A stretch of 59,414 bases of DNA, the filler included, from Basidiobolus ranarum (Eukaryota): NCBI GenBank assembly GCA_040143965.1. It is 7 parts of 7 records of this genome, joined end to end, with 100 filler letters (N's around TTAATTAATTAA, not from the genome) between each part and the next. Parts side by side here need not be neighbours in the genome. Positions count along the whole stretch, not along the records: positions 8,529 to 16,944 come from JASJQH010007847.1; positions 17,045 to 25,451 come from JASJQH010007848.1; 5 more parts are not named here. One strand, written 5' to 3'. The notes beneath the pieces are model-generated. The model was not told the DNA's origin and made no database searches. It worked only from the letters and a program-made list of their open reading frames with translations. The position numbers and the translations under genes are program-made. This document shows, one piece after another, positions 12,554 through 24,110 of the stretch; the stretch's first letter is position 1, and each line of letters begins with the position of its first letter.

Positions 12554-13195
12554 TTACAAACTACTTTGACAAACGGTCGGTAGTTGATTAATGTAAGGGC
12601 ACTGTTGAAGGTCTGGATATTGCGGAGAATACTTGTTATACAAATCCAACCAGCCTTTGCCACAGTCAGTTGAGCAGAGTTCCTTGGTTGGAGCAGGTGG
12701 TTGCACATTACTAGTATCATTCAATGGATGATCTTGCACGTATTTTTGGACTTGCTCAGCTGAGCAATAGTTGTTTTGGGTTGTATCCTTTAAACATAAC
12801 ATATCCCGAGCGGGAAGGTAGTTGCGTATTATAGCGGTGGCTGCTTGTACATATGGATTTTGAGCATCATCTCCCTGACAATTGTTTTGAATGTCCGTTT
12901 GAAGTTTGGATAAGAAATCTGGAGTACATGTAGGAGCTGTACAGACATCATTCACTGCTTCCGAGATTTGTTGTTGAGAGCTAGAAGGATTTTGTTGGAT
13001 TTGCTTCAACAATGGGACTACTTGTGCAACTGGGATACATCCTTGATCCTGGTTGGTAAGCTTAACGGCCAGACCCACTTGTAAACATTTAAATGATGGT
13101 AAAGGTAAGTTTCCAGTGTCCATTGGGTTTAGCGGAGCCGCGCTGACTATACTCAAAGAAGAAGTAATTACAACGGCTAAAGTAGATGCTTTCAT
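12554..13195 (-). CDS. Secreted cysteine-rich fungal protein (possibly DUF7729-like)
   Basis: 213-aa intronless ORF with signal peptide MKASTLAVVITSSLSIVSA and Cys pattern C..CIP..VC...C..C..NPYV..Y..RDMLCLKD...YC..LC..C. TATA-like element upstream. Family label tentative. Confidence 0.8.
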   Translation of the reverse strand: MKASTLAVVITSSLSIVSAAPLNPMDTGNLPLPSFKCLQVGLAVKLTNQDQGCIPVAQVVPLLKQIQQNPSSSQQQISEAVNDVCTAPTCTPDFLSKLQTDIQNNCQGDDAQNPYVQAATAIIRNYLPARDMLCLKDTTQNNYCSAEQVQKYVQDHPLNDTSNVQPPAPTKELCSTDCGKGWLDLYNKYSPQYPDLQQCPYINQLPTVCQSSL

Positions 13196-14762
13196 AGTGG
13201 CTTTTGCGTGTTTGAATTGGTTGCAAGGAGGTTCTTAATCAGTCCAACGGATATGTTAAAGCTTTTATATCTGTATTTCTTTGGTACCAGTGGTAAGTAA
13301 ACCCAACTTGGTGACTCGACCTTTTGGATGAGCATGTAGTTTGAGTACATCATATGACGTATTCTTGAACCAGCACAATAATCAGCTCTTGGATAGTCCA
13401 TAGGGTCATGAGTCGAATCGGAGTTATCATCGACAATCTTGGCATACTCCTACCACTGGGAAGTCAAGAATACATGGTAAGAGGATCCATCCAAGCCATA
13501 CGGTGGGTGTTAGTATTCGAAAGGTATTATGAGCTGTGAAATATTTCATGCCAATGGTGGCGTTGAAAAAAACAATCGACACAAGCACTAGTCATCCTAT
13601 TACGTCTTTTAGCAGTAATTGATTAAAGGATTAAACAGCCATTCGTCTGACCTACAAAGACTCTTGGCCAATCAGATCAATGGAAGAGACCCTTCCCGGT
13701 GTTTTGAAAGGCTGCAGAGACAAACTCCAAATAAGGGCAAGTACTAAATCGGCCTTTATCGTTAATAGGATATACAAGAAAATAGGTTGTCAGCTATAAA
13801 TATATGTCTTAGAACCTATCAAGATTATTACTAATTAAGTGTGCTCGTAATATAGCAGTATTAGTAACAGGTATATGACTCAACGAACCTCTTGTACCCT
13901 ACTTGGAGTTACGAAGTTCTCCATTTCAAACCTCTTCAATGCTCAAGGACATACCTATGCGCAAGTCACTTGCGAGTATTCATCTTCAAATGCATTAAGC
14001 ACAATTCAATCGGTATGCAGGAGCTATGGATTGTTAGGAACTATATACACCACATATCTGCTGTATTATGTTTACCTGGCTTCAACAATATATAATATGA
14101 TCTGCGAAGAACGAGCCATAGTTTGATTTCAGATGGGTGCAGGCACCGAAGTGGTCTGGTAACATGGTGTAGTCTAGTGCAACTCGATATGGTGATGCTC
14201 ACCCCATATATATGTTCACCATCCAATTCGAAGGGAGCTGGTGCATCTGTTGTTTGACAAAGTAAACTTTGAACGTTTATCATTGTTACGCATAAGTTCG
14301 AATTTCAATTGGAAATACCTATTCCAAATATGTACTATGATCAATCCTTAAACTACACAATTGTTGGCGATGCTGTCTCTAATGTCTTGATATGGAGTAT
14401 TTATTCAACAATCGAGGCCATTATTGTTACACATCAATTAAGCGGGAGATTTGAAATTTCAAGGGTACTTCAATAAAGAAGTTGTTAGAGTCAATCCACT
14501 ATATCGAACAATTTAGAAGTCAACATGTACCAACAAATCAATAAAGAGGAAAGTGCCACAAGATAGCAATTCCATTTCAGTTTTATATTCTTCCCATTGT
14601 AGTACAGTAGTGCTCTTTTTTGTACCAAGAATTCAGTAACCCATCTATCTCCGATTTGAGGATCCATAGTAGTTTTAGACTGTCAAAAATGTATATATAT
14701 CAGAATAGTCTTGCCTTTAGGACATCACCCACTTCTCCATCTCATTCTCTTATACCTTAATC

Positions 14763-15467
14763 ATGAAATTCAGCACTACAGTAGGAGCTATTCTCACCTT
14801 TGTTGCCATTAGTGCTAACCAGGCGTTGGCTCAACAATCCCCTTGTGAAGCTAAATGCAGCCCAGAGGATATGATTTGCCGTGCCAAATGCTTCAATGTC
14901 CCTGCTCCCAGTGAGAAAGACAGTACGTATTTTAAGGATAGCTGTGATGATCAGTACTCCATATGCTAACATTTTTTTATAGTCAACGCTACCCAAGAGT
15001 GTGTAGCCAAGTGTGTTGATCCCGCTACAGCAGCCCAATGTTTCCAAGCCTGTATTGGTGCCAACTGGGGAGAATTACTTCCATCCGAGGCTCCTGTTGA
15101 GTCAAGTGCCAAGCCTTCCCCAACTGCTAGCTCCGCTGCTTCTAAATCTAACGATGCTAAACCTTCAGTCAGTGGAACACCTGCAGGTTCTGCTAGTGGA
15201 GTCAAGCCAAGTGCTACCACCATTGCCTCTCAAACTCCTGTTGCTTCTGCATCTGGTTCCAGCGGTGTTGCTACTCCATCTGGTTCCAGTGGTGTTGCTT
15301 CTGCATCCGGTAGTGTTGCCAACCCATCCCCCAGCCAGGCCTCTTCTATCCCAGCCAGCAGCAAGCCTTCCACTCCTGCTTCCACTCCTACAAATAGTGC
15401 CCAGTCTATTGTATTCAATACTGGACTTTTGTCAGTTGTTGGTGTAATTGCTCTTGCTTTAATCTAA
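14763..15467 (+). CDS. GPI-anchored Ser/Pro/Ala-rich cell-surface protein with N-terminal Cys-rich domain
   Basis: Signal peptide; intron 14923-14982; domain CEAKCSPEDMICRAKCFNVPAPS..TQECVAKC..CFQACI; low-complexity stalk; hydrophobic C-terminus GLLSVVGVIALALI*. Confidence 0.85.
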
Positions 15468-16326
15468 GTTCACGAAAAATGCCCCTTAATTGATTGAATC
15501 TTTTACTGAACAAATAGATATTTGTTCGGCAACATACAGATGATACTAATAGCATCAAAGTTTTATTTTAATTTCAAACCTTACTTACTTTGGTTTACAT
15601 GATTTCACATTCAATAAATACGGAAAGTTCCATTAACTCGATACGTTTTAATACCTATGTACAATTATAAATCCCGGTTAAGTTACTGAGTGTAATATAT
15701 ATAATACCGAATATATAAAAAATATATGATAGAATATAATAATAATAATAATAAGTCTTGACAACCAAGTGATCCCACATACGATTTCATTTCCTTAAAA
15801 GCTAAAGGCCAAGTGTATTAAAGATCCTTATTGTCATTGGAATTTCCTAGATGTAACATCGGGAATTAATTGAGGAGAAATAGAGAGATTCAAGGTGAAT
15901 CAACCGATGAGGCATGAGAAACAAGAGTACTATGATTTTTGGAATGCAACCGATTCGAAACACAATGATTTCTGGAAAGGAATCTTTTAGATGGAATTGT
16001 TATGTACGTCGAGTGCACACCTGCCTTGCATTAACTTCAAACGAATTATTCAAAATAGTTTCCAGATACATAATTGTTTGTTTCCTCAACGCTGGTAAAC
16101 TGGTAGTGTATAGTGGAAACATGAAACTACACTTTCCTACTTAAACACATAGTCTGCAACAAACACTCACATATTTTGTGCTTTAACTCTTCTACTCTGA
16201 GGAATCGGTCTAGTCTTTACTGGTATATAAACTAGCCCTCCGCTTCTCAACAATCAAGTTTGTAGACGCATTTATCAGAAACGTACCATTTCAAACCCTT
16301 GTAGTATCTTCCCTAGGAATTCAGAG

Positions 16327-16944
16327 ATGATGGAACAAAAATACCGCTATGTTAGGGAACTTGGTAAAGGCGCTTATGGCTTAGTTAGGTCAGCAAAATG
16401 TCTAGCCACCGGAGAAGAGGTGGCCGTAAAGAAAGTAACCAAAATATTCGAAAAGAAACTTTTGGCCAAGCGTGCATTGAGAGAATTGAAGTTGTTGAGA
16501 CATTTCAATGGCCACGAGAATGTCATCTCCGTGTATGATATGGAGCTAACAGATCCTCTCAAGTTTCAAGAGATCTATTTGGTTCAAGAGTTGATGGAAG
16601 CTGACTTGCACCAAATCATACGATCGAAGCAAGCCTTGACGAATGCGCATTATCAATACTTCATCTATCAGATATGTCGAGGTCTGAAGTATATTCACTC
16701 TGCCAATGTACTGCATCGGGATTTAAAACCAGGCAACTTACTGGTGAATCGCGACTGTGAACTAAAGATATGCGATTTCGGACTTGCTAGGGGGTTTGTT
16801 GACGCCACGAAAAATGAGAGCGGTTTTATGACTGAGTATGTAGCAACTCGATACTATAGAGCACCTGAAATCATGCTGTAGAATCAGTCCTACACAAAGG
16901 CAATTGATTTATGGTGGGTTGGATGCATATTTGCCGAGCTCCTG
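16327..16944 (+). pseudogene. MPK1: Cell-wall-integrity MAP kinase (Mpk1/Slt2 type), intronless, in-frame TAG at 16879-16881, truncated by contig end
   Basis: [49 protein letters not shown] and the TEY loop are present. Homology continues past the stop (NQSYTKAIDLWWVGCIFAELL). Kinase identity is secure; pseudogene status is uncertain. Confidence 0.7.
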
Positions 16945-17044
16945 NNNNNNNNNNNNNNNNNNNNNNNNNNNNNNNNNNNNNNNNNNNNTTAATTAATTAA
17001 NNNNNNNNNNNNNNNNNNNNNNNNNNNNNNNNNNNNNNNNNNNN
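16945..17044. other. Artificial contig-joining linker
   Basis: 44 N + TTAATTAATTAA + 44 N. Confidence 0.97.
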
Positions 17045-17779
17045 GAAATATAGTGGAATTCATGGCATTTTAGTTAGCTAACCCTTTTCCTTATGACGTA
17101 GGGGTTGGGTTGAAATCAAAATAGTCAAAAAAATATGTACCTACTTCATATTGACGTATACATTAGTATCAGTGCTTTTTATGTCAAAAGAAATACCATC
17201 TAAAGTGCATCGCCCCCAGATTTGTACCAAGAGCAAGCACCACCAAGATGATGAATAAATATAACTGTTTATAAAGATCGTTAAGTATGACAGGTCCATT
17301 TTGTATGACACCCTATTGACAGGTGGAGGCTTAATGCGAGAAAGATATTTTTTAAAATAGCAATCAAACCACCGTGTAACTTAACCACAGAGCCTTGTTT
17401 CTAGAACCATACGGAAGATAATATAGCAAATATTCAGTAATTGAAGAGATTACTGATTCAACAAGGAGTAGTAGCATAAACCTAGGAAGTTGAATATCTA
17501 TAACATAGGTGAAATAAAGGGATTGAGGATCACTTGCACAAACTTTGTATTTATATTTACCTTTGCCAAAACATCACTTACTTCACCATAGCAGTATACA
17601 CATGAGCAGTATAACAGCCATTCATTCTTTTGGTTAATTACAGCAGTATTTTCATGGTAACGCGATATTTACTTTGAACGAATTCTAAGCTTTATACATT
17701 AAAACTATATCAGAAATCATGATTTGGAAATATAACATTTCTGTTTATTTAGCTATCCAAGACGTCATCTACATATTGT

Positions 17780-17962
17780 TTACTTTCGTCCTTTAGATTC
17801 CTTTTCAATGGTCTCATTGAGTGGCTTTCCAGTACGCTCTTCGTGGATTTCTGACGCTTTATCCAACGACTCCTGTTGCTTTTCGGCTGACACATTTGGA
17901 TTATGGGCTGCTGCCTTGAGGCCTCCTTCGACATTTCCAGGGTTTTTTCCTTCGTATTCCAT
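17780..17962 (-). CDS. con-6: Conidiation protein 6 (Con-6)-like small hydrophilic protein
   Basis: KNPGNVEGGLKAAAHNPNVSAE matches the Con-6 repeat motif. TATA-like element upstream. Confidence 0.8.
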   Translation of the reverse strand: MEYEGKNPGNVEGGLKAAAHNPNVSAEKQQESLDKASEIHEERTGKPLNETIEKESKGRK

Positions 17963-18906
17963 TGTTAGTTAGCTGCGAGTGATGATTAGATGTGAGTGAT
18001 GATTATTTGATGTGTCTATCTTGGGCTTATATAGCTGATTATAGGATGCCCTCGACGAAGAGTCAGTGCTGGTGAATTGCGTAAAACTTGAATGATGTGT
18101 ATGCTGTAGCAACTACTAACCGATTGATCTACAATTTATTCAATGTATCAGCGTATCGTCGATCCAATTGCTCGATTGATCTCTCCGATAGATAGCAACA
18201 TCGATGACACCACACTTGTGTAAAAAATTGATGTATCTTTGCTCTGTTCATTACCGCAGAGATATGCTATCACTACCTGATAATGAAGAGATTGGAGGAA
18301 TTTAGAGTTTTGCATTATGTTTCCACATATGCCATATCTACCCTCAGTAATTCATCCATAAACAGTACCAAGAAGAGGGATCATGTCAACTCCGCTACAC
18401 TCACCCTTTCCTCACCTATCGCCTTGACTGTAGAGAAAGTAAGTGTAAATAAGTACTTTCTCTCGTATCATTGGACTAGTAATTGGCAGATATTCTTTCA
18501 AGGATGTTTGTTCCTGTTGTTATCTTCGCAGCTATTGCATATATTTTGCGATGCTCAGTCAGCGACATTCCTACTGAATTGATTACAAAATTGAAATCTA
18601 TTAGACTGTGTCTGTTGTTACAGTTTTAGTTATTGTGTGGTATAGAACTGAATCACCGTTTATACAATTCGCATCTATTATGGCTTTATTTCAGTCATCT
18701 ATGAGTAAACTCTCATATACTTACGCCAAAGCAATTCATCAATGGAGCATTACAGTTCAGGACATTCTTCATTCAATTGTCGTTCAATTGCCACATAAAA
18801 ATGATTCCAATTTTTTATGGGATGAAATCTAAAGGCGGCTCAAAATAAGCATGAAGAAACCTTCATCTGATTTGGTCACTAAGATAGAAACTCACCAGAT
18901 CAATTT

Positions 18907-18940
18907 GGAGATAGGGTTAGGAGATAGGGTTAGGAGATAG
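18907..18940. repeat. Short tandem repeat, 13 bp x 2.6
   Basis: GGAGATAGGGTTA GGAGATAGGGTTA GGAGATAG. Confidence 0.8.
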
Positions 18941-20068
18941 AAATAACTCTCTAATTTTATGTTGGTTCATGTCCAATGACGCATCGAGCCTATTTTGTTA
19001 ATCCAAGATGGATGGCCTGGATGCAATAGCCAATAAAATATTCAGATTATGGTTCTTGATATGTAGTGAACTCAACCATGGAATTTTCTCTAAGCCACCA
19101 GGAATAGTCTGTGAGAGCTACCGTCCTTAGAGTGATATGATCAGACCACTGGTAGTTCCAAACTTCCAAATGTGAATGTATAAACTAGGCCCTTTTTGGT
19201 GGGATACTTACGTGGTTGATTGCGTTAACATCAATACGATACTTATAATTGATTACCGAATCTTATATTATTCATAGACTATATATCATTCATAGACATG
19301 TAGTCTCTACACCACAAAGTAACAAATAACCAGGTTTAGAGGGAGGTTTACTTCGCATTGGTTGTAGAAAATGCCCTTTCAATGTGAGTCCAAATTTGGT
19401 ATATTGAGGGACCTTTATTTATACGGGATATAATACAATCTCAATTAGAATAGTGGGTTAATTTCTGGACGGTGCGAATGTGAGAAAATGGTTTCCACTG
19501 TCCTGTAACTTGGCTAACACATGTTGAGAGTGTGTTATATATGGAGATTTCAAACAGGCTGTAGTAACCTTGAGACGTTATCACACTACGGAGTGCGGAA
19601 TCCAAAATGAGTGTTACAAAAGATACACTATCAAACTACATAAAAATCTGAAGCCCATCGAATCAATTTTTATTTTGGACCACGACTTCATATGAGCTGA
19701 TATGTAGTCATCGTGCTTACTAGCTCTATTCCATGATTCGAATGACTGGTGGGAAAGCTGTGTATTCCATCCAACGTGGTAGATGAACGTCGGAACGATG
19801 AAAAAAACAAAATTGGAAAAGAAAGTAGAGTTTACCTAAAAAGGGAGGATTGTCAACTAAAATGGCGAGCGATTAGAGAACAGCAAAATTGGGGCACAAG
19901 TAGCGGCGTCTACGGAAGAAATATTTAAACAGGGTAGGATCCCATATAGTCTGGGCACAAACAGATATAGAATATCTGATCAAAACAAGGAAAATAAATC
20001 ATCTTAAATCTGTGAGCGAAAACTCACACCTGTTCTCGCTTTCGAGCTTCTTCTTTACACAAGAAAAG

Positions 20069-21295
20069 ATGGCTTTAACACGAGCGTTCCGTCCACTTCT
20101 TTTAATACTATTTGTTATTGCTACTTTAACATTTTGGTACATTTTCTATTGTTTCAGTCCCCATGATCAATCGACAGCAAGTAATTACATGCCCAATTTC
20201 CAAGAGATGCTATCTCCAAAAGCCAAGTTGGAACATGCATCTGACCAATACCCGGAATTCGCTATCGCTCTAAAGACAGGTAGAGATGTAGTTGCGGAGC
20301 GATGCGCTATCCAAACCAACACATTCCTCGGCAATGCAAAAAACGTGATTTTAATTGCAGAATCGTCAGAAGTTTCACTCGGTGACATTCCAGTTTACGA
20401 CGTATACACAGACACACTTAAGAACAGCACACATAAGCAGCTGAAAAAAAGAGCGAAAGACGCCGTTACGGTTGATGAAAGCAGTTTAGGCTGGCAATTA
20501 GACGCACATAAAAATATTCCTGGAATGCGCCTTCTATACGAAAAATATCCACACGCTGAATGGTATATAATGCTCGACGATGATACCTATATGTTTTTTG
20601 ACAATCTCCGAAGACGCATCAAAAGTCAAAAACTGGATCCAACTCAACCTCATTACCTTGGAGCAAGTAGCGTGTTCACGGGTTGTGATGGCATTACTTC
20701 CTTCGATGACAGCCCGGGCTTCGCTCATGGAGGTAGTGGAATAGTCGTCTCTAAAGGAGCGTTGGAAAAAATGTTGAAGGTGATAGATAACTGTATTGAT
20801 CGGTATAGAGACTGCTGGGGTGGTGATATTCGCCTGGCACTTTGCATGAGAGATGCTGGAGTGCTCCTTACACCTGAATCTGATTTCAACTCAAATCCAC
20901 CGAATGTGGAGTTTCCCTTCCATGATCGAAACCCATGTACACAACCAATCACTTTCCATCACTTGTTACCACAGCAAATCCAATTGCTGTATGAAACAGA
21001 GAGGAAGATGCAAGGAAATGTTACCTATGCGGATGTTGTGGATCGCTTCAAGCACCTGAACCATAACACAGTCAACAAACTGGAACGGGATGGCGACGGT
21101 TACACCAAGATCAGTGTCACAGATATGAAAAAGTGCCGATCATTATGTGAAAATGATACTCGATGCATTTCTTGGTCGTTTGTTGATAGTGTATGCCACT
21201 TAAGAGACTCTCAGACTCAACTCACTCGTGTTGAGAATGAGAAGTCCTTTTCGAACATCTATCCAATGCACTACACCTGTTCTCACAGTCAGTGA
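20069..21295 (+). CDS. GT31 (Fringe/C1GALT1-like) glycosyltransferase with C-terminal PAN/apple domain
   Basis: Type II TM anchor; WYIMLDDDTYMF (DxD); FAHGGSGIVVS; GDIRLALC; PITFHH. C-terminal CRSLCENDTRCISWSFVDSVCHL is PAN-like. Intronless. Confidence 0.88.
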   Translation: MALTRAFRPLLLILFVIATLTFWYIFYCFSPHDQSTASNYMPNFQEMLSPKAKLEHASDQYPEFAIALKTGRDVVAERCAIQTNTFLGNAKNVILIAESSEVSLGDIPVYDVYTDTLKNSTHKQLKKRAKDAVTVDESSLGWQLDAHKNIPGMRLLYEKYPHAEWYIMLDDDTYMFFDNLRRRIKSQKLDPTQPHYLGASSVFTGCDGITSFDDSPGFAHGGSGIVVSKGALEKMLKVIDNCIDRYRDCWGGDIRLALCMRDAGVLLTPESDFNSNPPNVEFPFHDRNPCTQPITFHHLLPQQIQLLYETERKMQGNVTYADVVDRFKHLNHNTVNKLERDGDGYTKISVTDMKKCRSLCENDTRCISWSFVDSVCHLRDSQTQLTRVENEKSFSNIYPMHYTCSHSQ

Positions 21296-22299
21296 TACCT
21301 ATCCAAGTGATACCTATCCGACATCCAATGCACTAGACTTGTTCCCACAGTAGATGCTCTTGTTCCGCCAAAAAGGGTTCTTTTCTCTATTTTGCCCACC
21401 CTTTTTTATTTTATTACCCTATTTTGCTATACCCTACTTTACGCTACTATATTTGGCTTGCTACCATACGGAATGTATACGGAATGTTCCATTCATATGT
21501 TAATACCTTTGTTTGCTTCAGGCCACTTGTACTTGCCTATCGACTATAAGATAGAAGATAAAACCCGTATCTAGATGTTCTGCCGATCCTTCTAATGGTT
21601 GAATAGAATTCTTACGCTGGTTACTGCATCTCGTAGAATAGAAACGTATTTGGATTTTTAATGGATAAACATTGCTTTAACTGCCAAGATGTTAATTAAC
21701 TGTTCAGAATGTTTACCCAGTTATATTCTACCATTCTAATAGAACTTATCCACCAAAGCTCCTCTATCCACGCTGAGTACCATGCAATCATCCAAAACCA
21801 TTGATATCTTAATTCTGCATTCTCATATTATGTATGTTTCACAATAGAAATTTGTACTCTTGTTGCAACCATAGGGTTAGGCATATGTAGCAGATTTAAT
21901 ATCTATTTATTGAATGTTATTCCATTTGCTTTTTTTCAAACTGTTTTAAACCGGTGCCAAACTTCCCAAATATTTCTTCCGACTTTGTATCTTAAAAACT
22001 CAATGCTGTTGCTATTTTTCTTCATTTCTTACATAACTACAGATAGCTATTTGCAATTTAATAATAAACCAAACCCAAATTGTGAATTTCTATTGACCAG
22101 ACTAAGCACTTTCAATTTAAGCTTCTTTAACTTCAAATAAATACTGTATAGCTGGAGCATGATTAGTGCTAGCCAGGCTCATCCTTACACAATTCACATA
22201 AATATCTGTATCTGAAGTATTTAGAAGCCCTAATACAGCCATTGCTCAAGTACAGATACAGCAGCTTATGAATACGACACTAAAATCCAACTATTTGTT

Positions 22300-23515
22300 G
22301 AAGTATTTTAGGAGTTGTTTGAAGTGTTAAAATATTTGGAAGCCTGTTAGAAGTGGTCTGGAGAATCAGAGCAATTGGTGGTTTTCACTTATTAATTTAT
22401 TGAGTAGAAAGTTGATATTGATACTTTTGTTAGGATGTAAGCAAACTAACATGTAGAGTGTGCTAAGAAAGGGCCCAGGAACATGTGTGCAATGTTTGGG
22501 ACTTCTAGCACAAGTTTGGAAAATCTATATATCTGAGAACTTCAAAGTTGGTAAAAATATTAAAGTAAATTCCAATTGAGAATATTGGTTAATATCTTAG
22601 TTCAATATAGGATAACTAAATACTAAGCTATATATAACTATATACTAAGCAATATATGACTGTATAGGTGTTTAGGTAATGCTAATTTCAACAGGAAGTG
22701 ACTTGGGGAACTAAAAGAGTTGGTGGTTACACTTGTTGATTTATTGCATAGTAAGTTAACATATACTATTTTGTCAAGAAGTAAGCAAGCAGTCATGTAG
22801 AATATGTTAAGGAAGGTCTAAAAGCATTTTGAAGTATTTTGGGAGTTTGTTGAAAGTGGTCTGGAGAACTAGAAGAATTGATAGTTGTCACCTATTGATT
22901 TATTGAGTAAAAAGTTAATATATGTAGTTTTTTCAGGATGTAAGCAAATAGACATGTAGAATGTGTTAAAGAAGGTCCTAGAAACATGTGTGCACAGTTT
23001 GAGACTCCTAGCATGGGCTTAAAGAACCTGTATATCTGAGAACTAAGTTGGTGCCAATATTCTCAGTGAATTTTGATTGAGAATAGTTTGTGATTTCTTT
23101 GTGAAGTATGTGTTGAAATTAGCATTGCCTAAGCACCTATATAGTCATATATTGCTTAGTATATAGTCATATATAGCTTAGTATTTAGTTATCCTATATT
23201 GAACTAAGATATTACCCATTATTCTCATGAAGAATTTACTTAGATGTTGTCAGATATATAGATTTTTCAAAGCCGCAAACTTTGCACACATGTTTCTGGG
23301 ACTTTTCTTAACACATTCTGCATGCTAGTTTGTTTACATCTTGACAAAACTATAAATGTCAACTTTCAACTCAATAAATCAGTAAGTGAAAACCACCAAC
23401 TTCTCTAGTTCTCCAAATTACTTCCGACAGGCTTCCAAAGTACTTTAGCAATATGGAGTAACTAAATACTACGCTATATATAACTATATAGATGTTTAGG
23501 CTATGTTAATTTCAA
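22300..23515. repeat. Complex fold-back repeat: long inverted arms enclosing direct copies of the same unit
   Basis: 22325-22693 is the reverse complement of 23111-23450 (core 22577-22693 vs 23111-23227: 6 mismatches in 117 nt). Direct copy at about 22831-23085; partial copies at about 22720-22830 and 23458-23515. Confidence 0.85.
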
Positions 23516-24110
23516 TATTATTTACACTCACGGTCAGTTTTGAAATAATTCATGCCAAAGGCGATTTTTGAAGCGTTCAGTTACAAATATTAAGTGTCAA
23601 AATGAATGTAGCAAAATGTATCCTTGTAACTCTATATGTTTTATATGAATATCTTGACGAGATGCTTCAGAAACTTGATTATCATTATGCCTGGATATTT
23701 CACGAAGGTAGTGCTATTTTGGCTGACACGCTCTAGTTGATAAAAGCACAACTCTGCATCGTGCCGGTGGATAAATCGCCAGCTTTAATGCTTTACACAC
23801 TGTATCCTTTTGATTGGTTTGCGAGGACTCAACTATATAACATCGCTTGATATGGATCCACACCTCCACATCTGTAAATGATGGCGACTAACTCCAGTCT
23901 AACCAAATAAGCTTGCTCTCATCATTTGCACCTTTAACCTTTGCTGATTAAGTTCATATTGATATGTATTCAGATTAAATTTATTTACCAATTAGTCATT
24001 AAAGATGGTTGATTATTATGGACTTTATGTTCATAGTATTTACGGTTTACTCACTCTTTGATGAGAACGCAGTCAATGGTGTTAATACAATTAACAGGTG
24101 AGAACCTCTT

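Noticed and set aside
16879-16881. TAG recoding or alternative genetic code in the MAPK
   Set aside because: TAG ends other genes here (30086, 56693), no other intact conserved gene needs readthrough, and a second lesion lies nearby.
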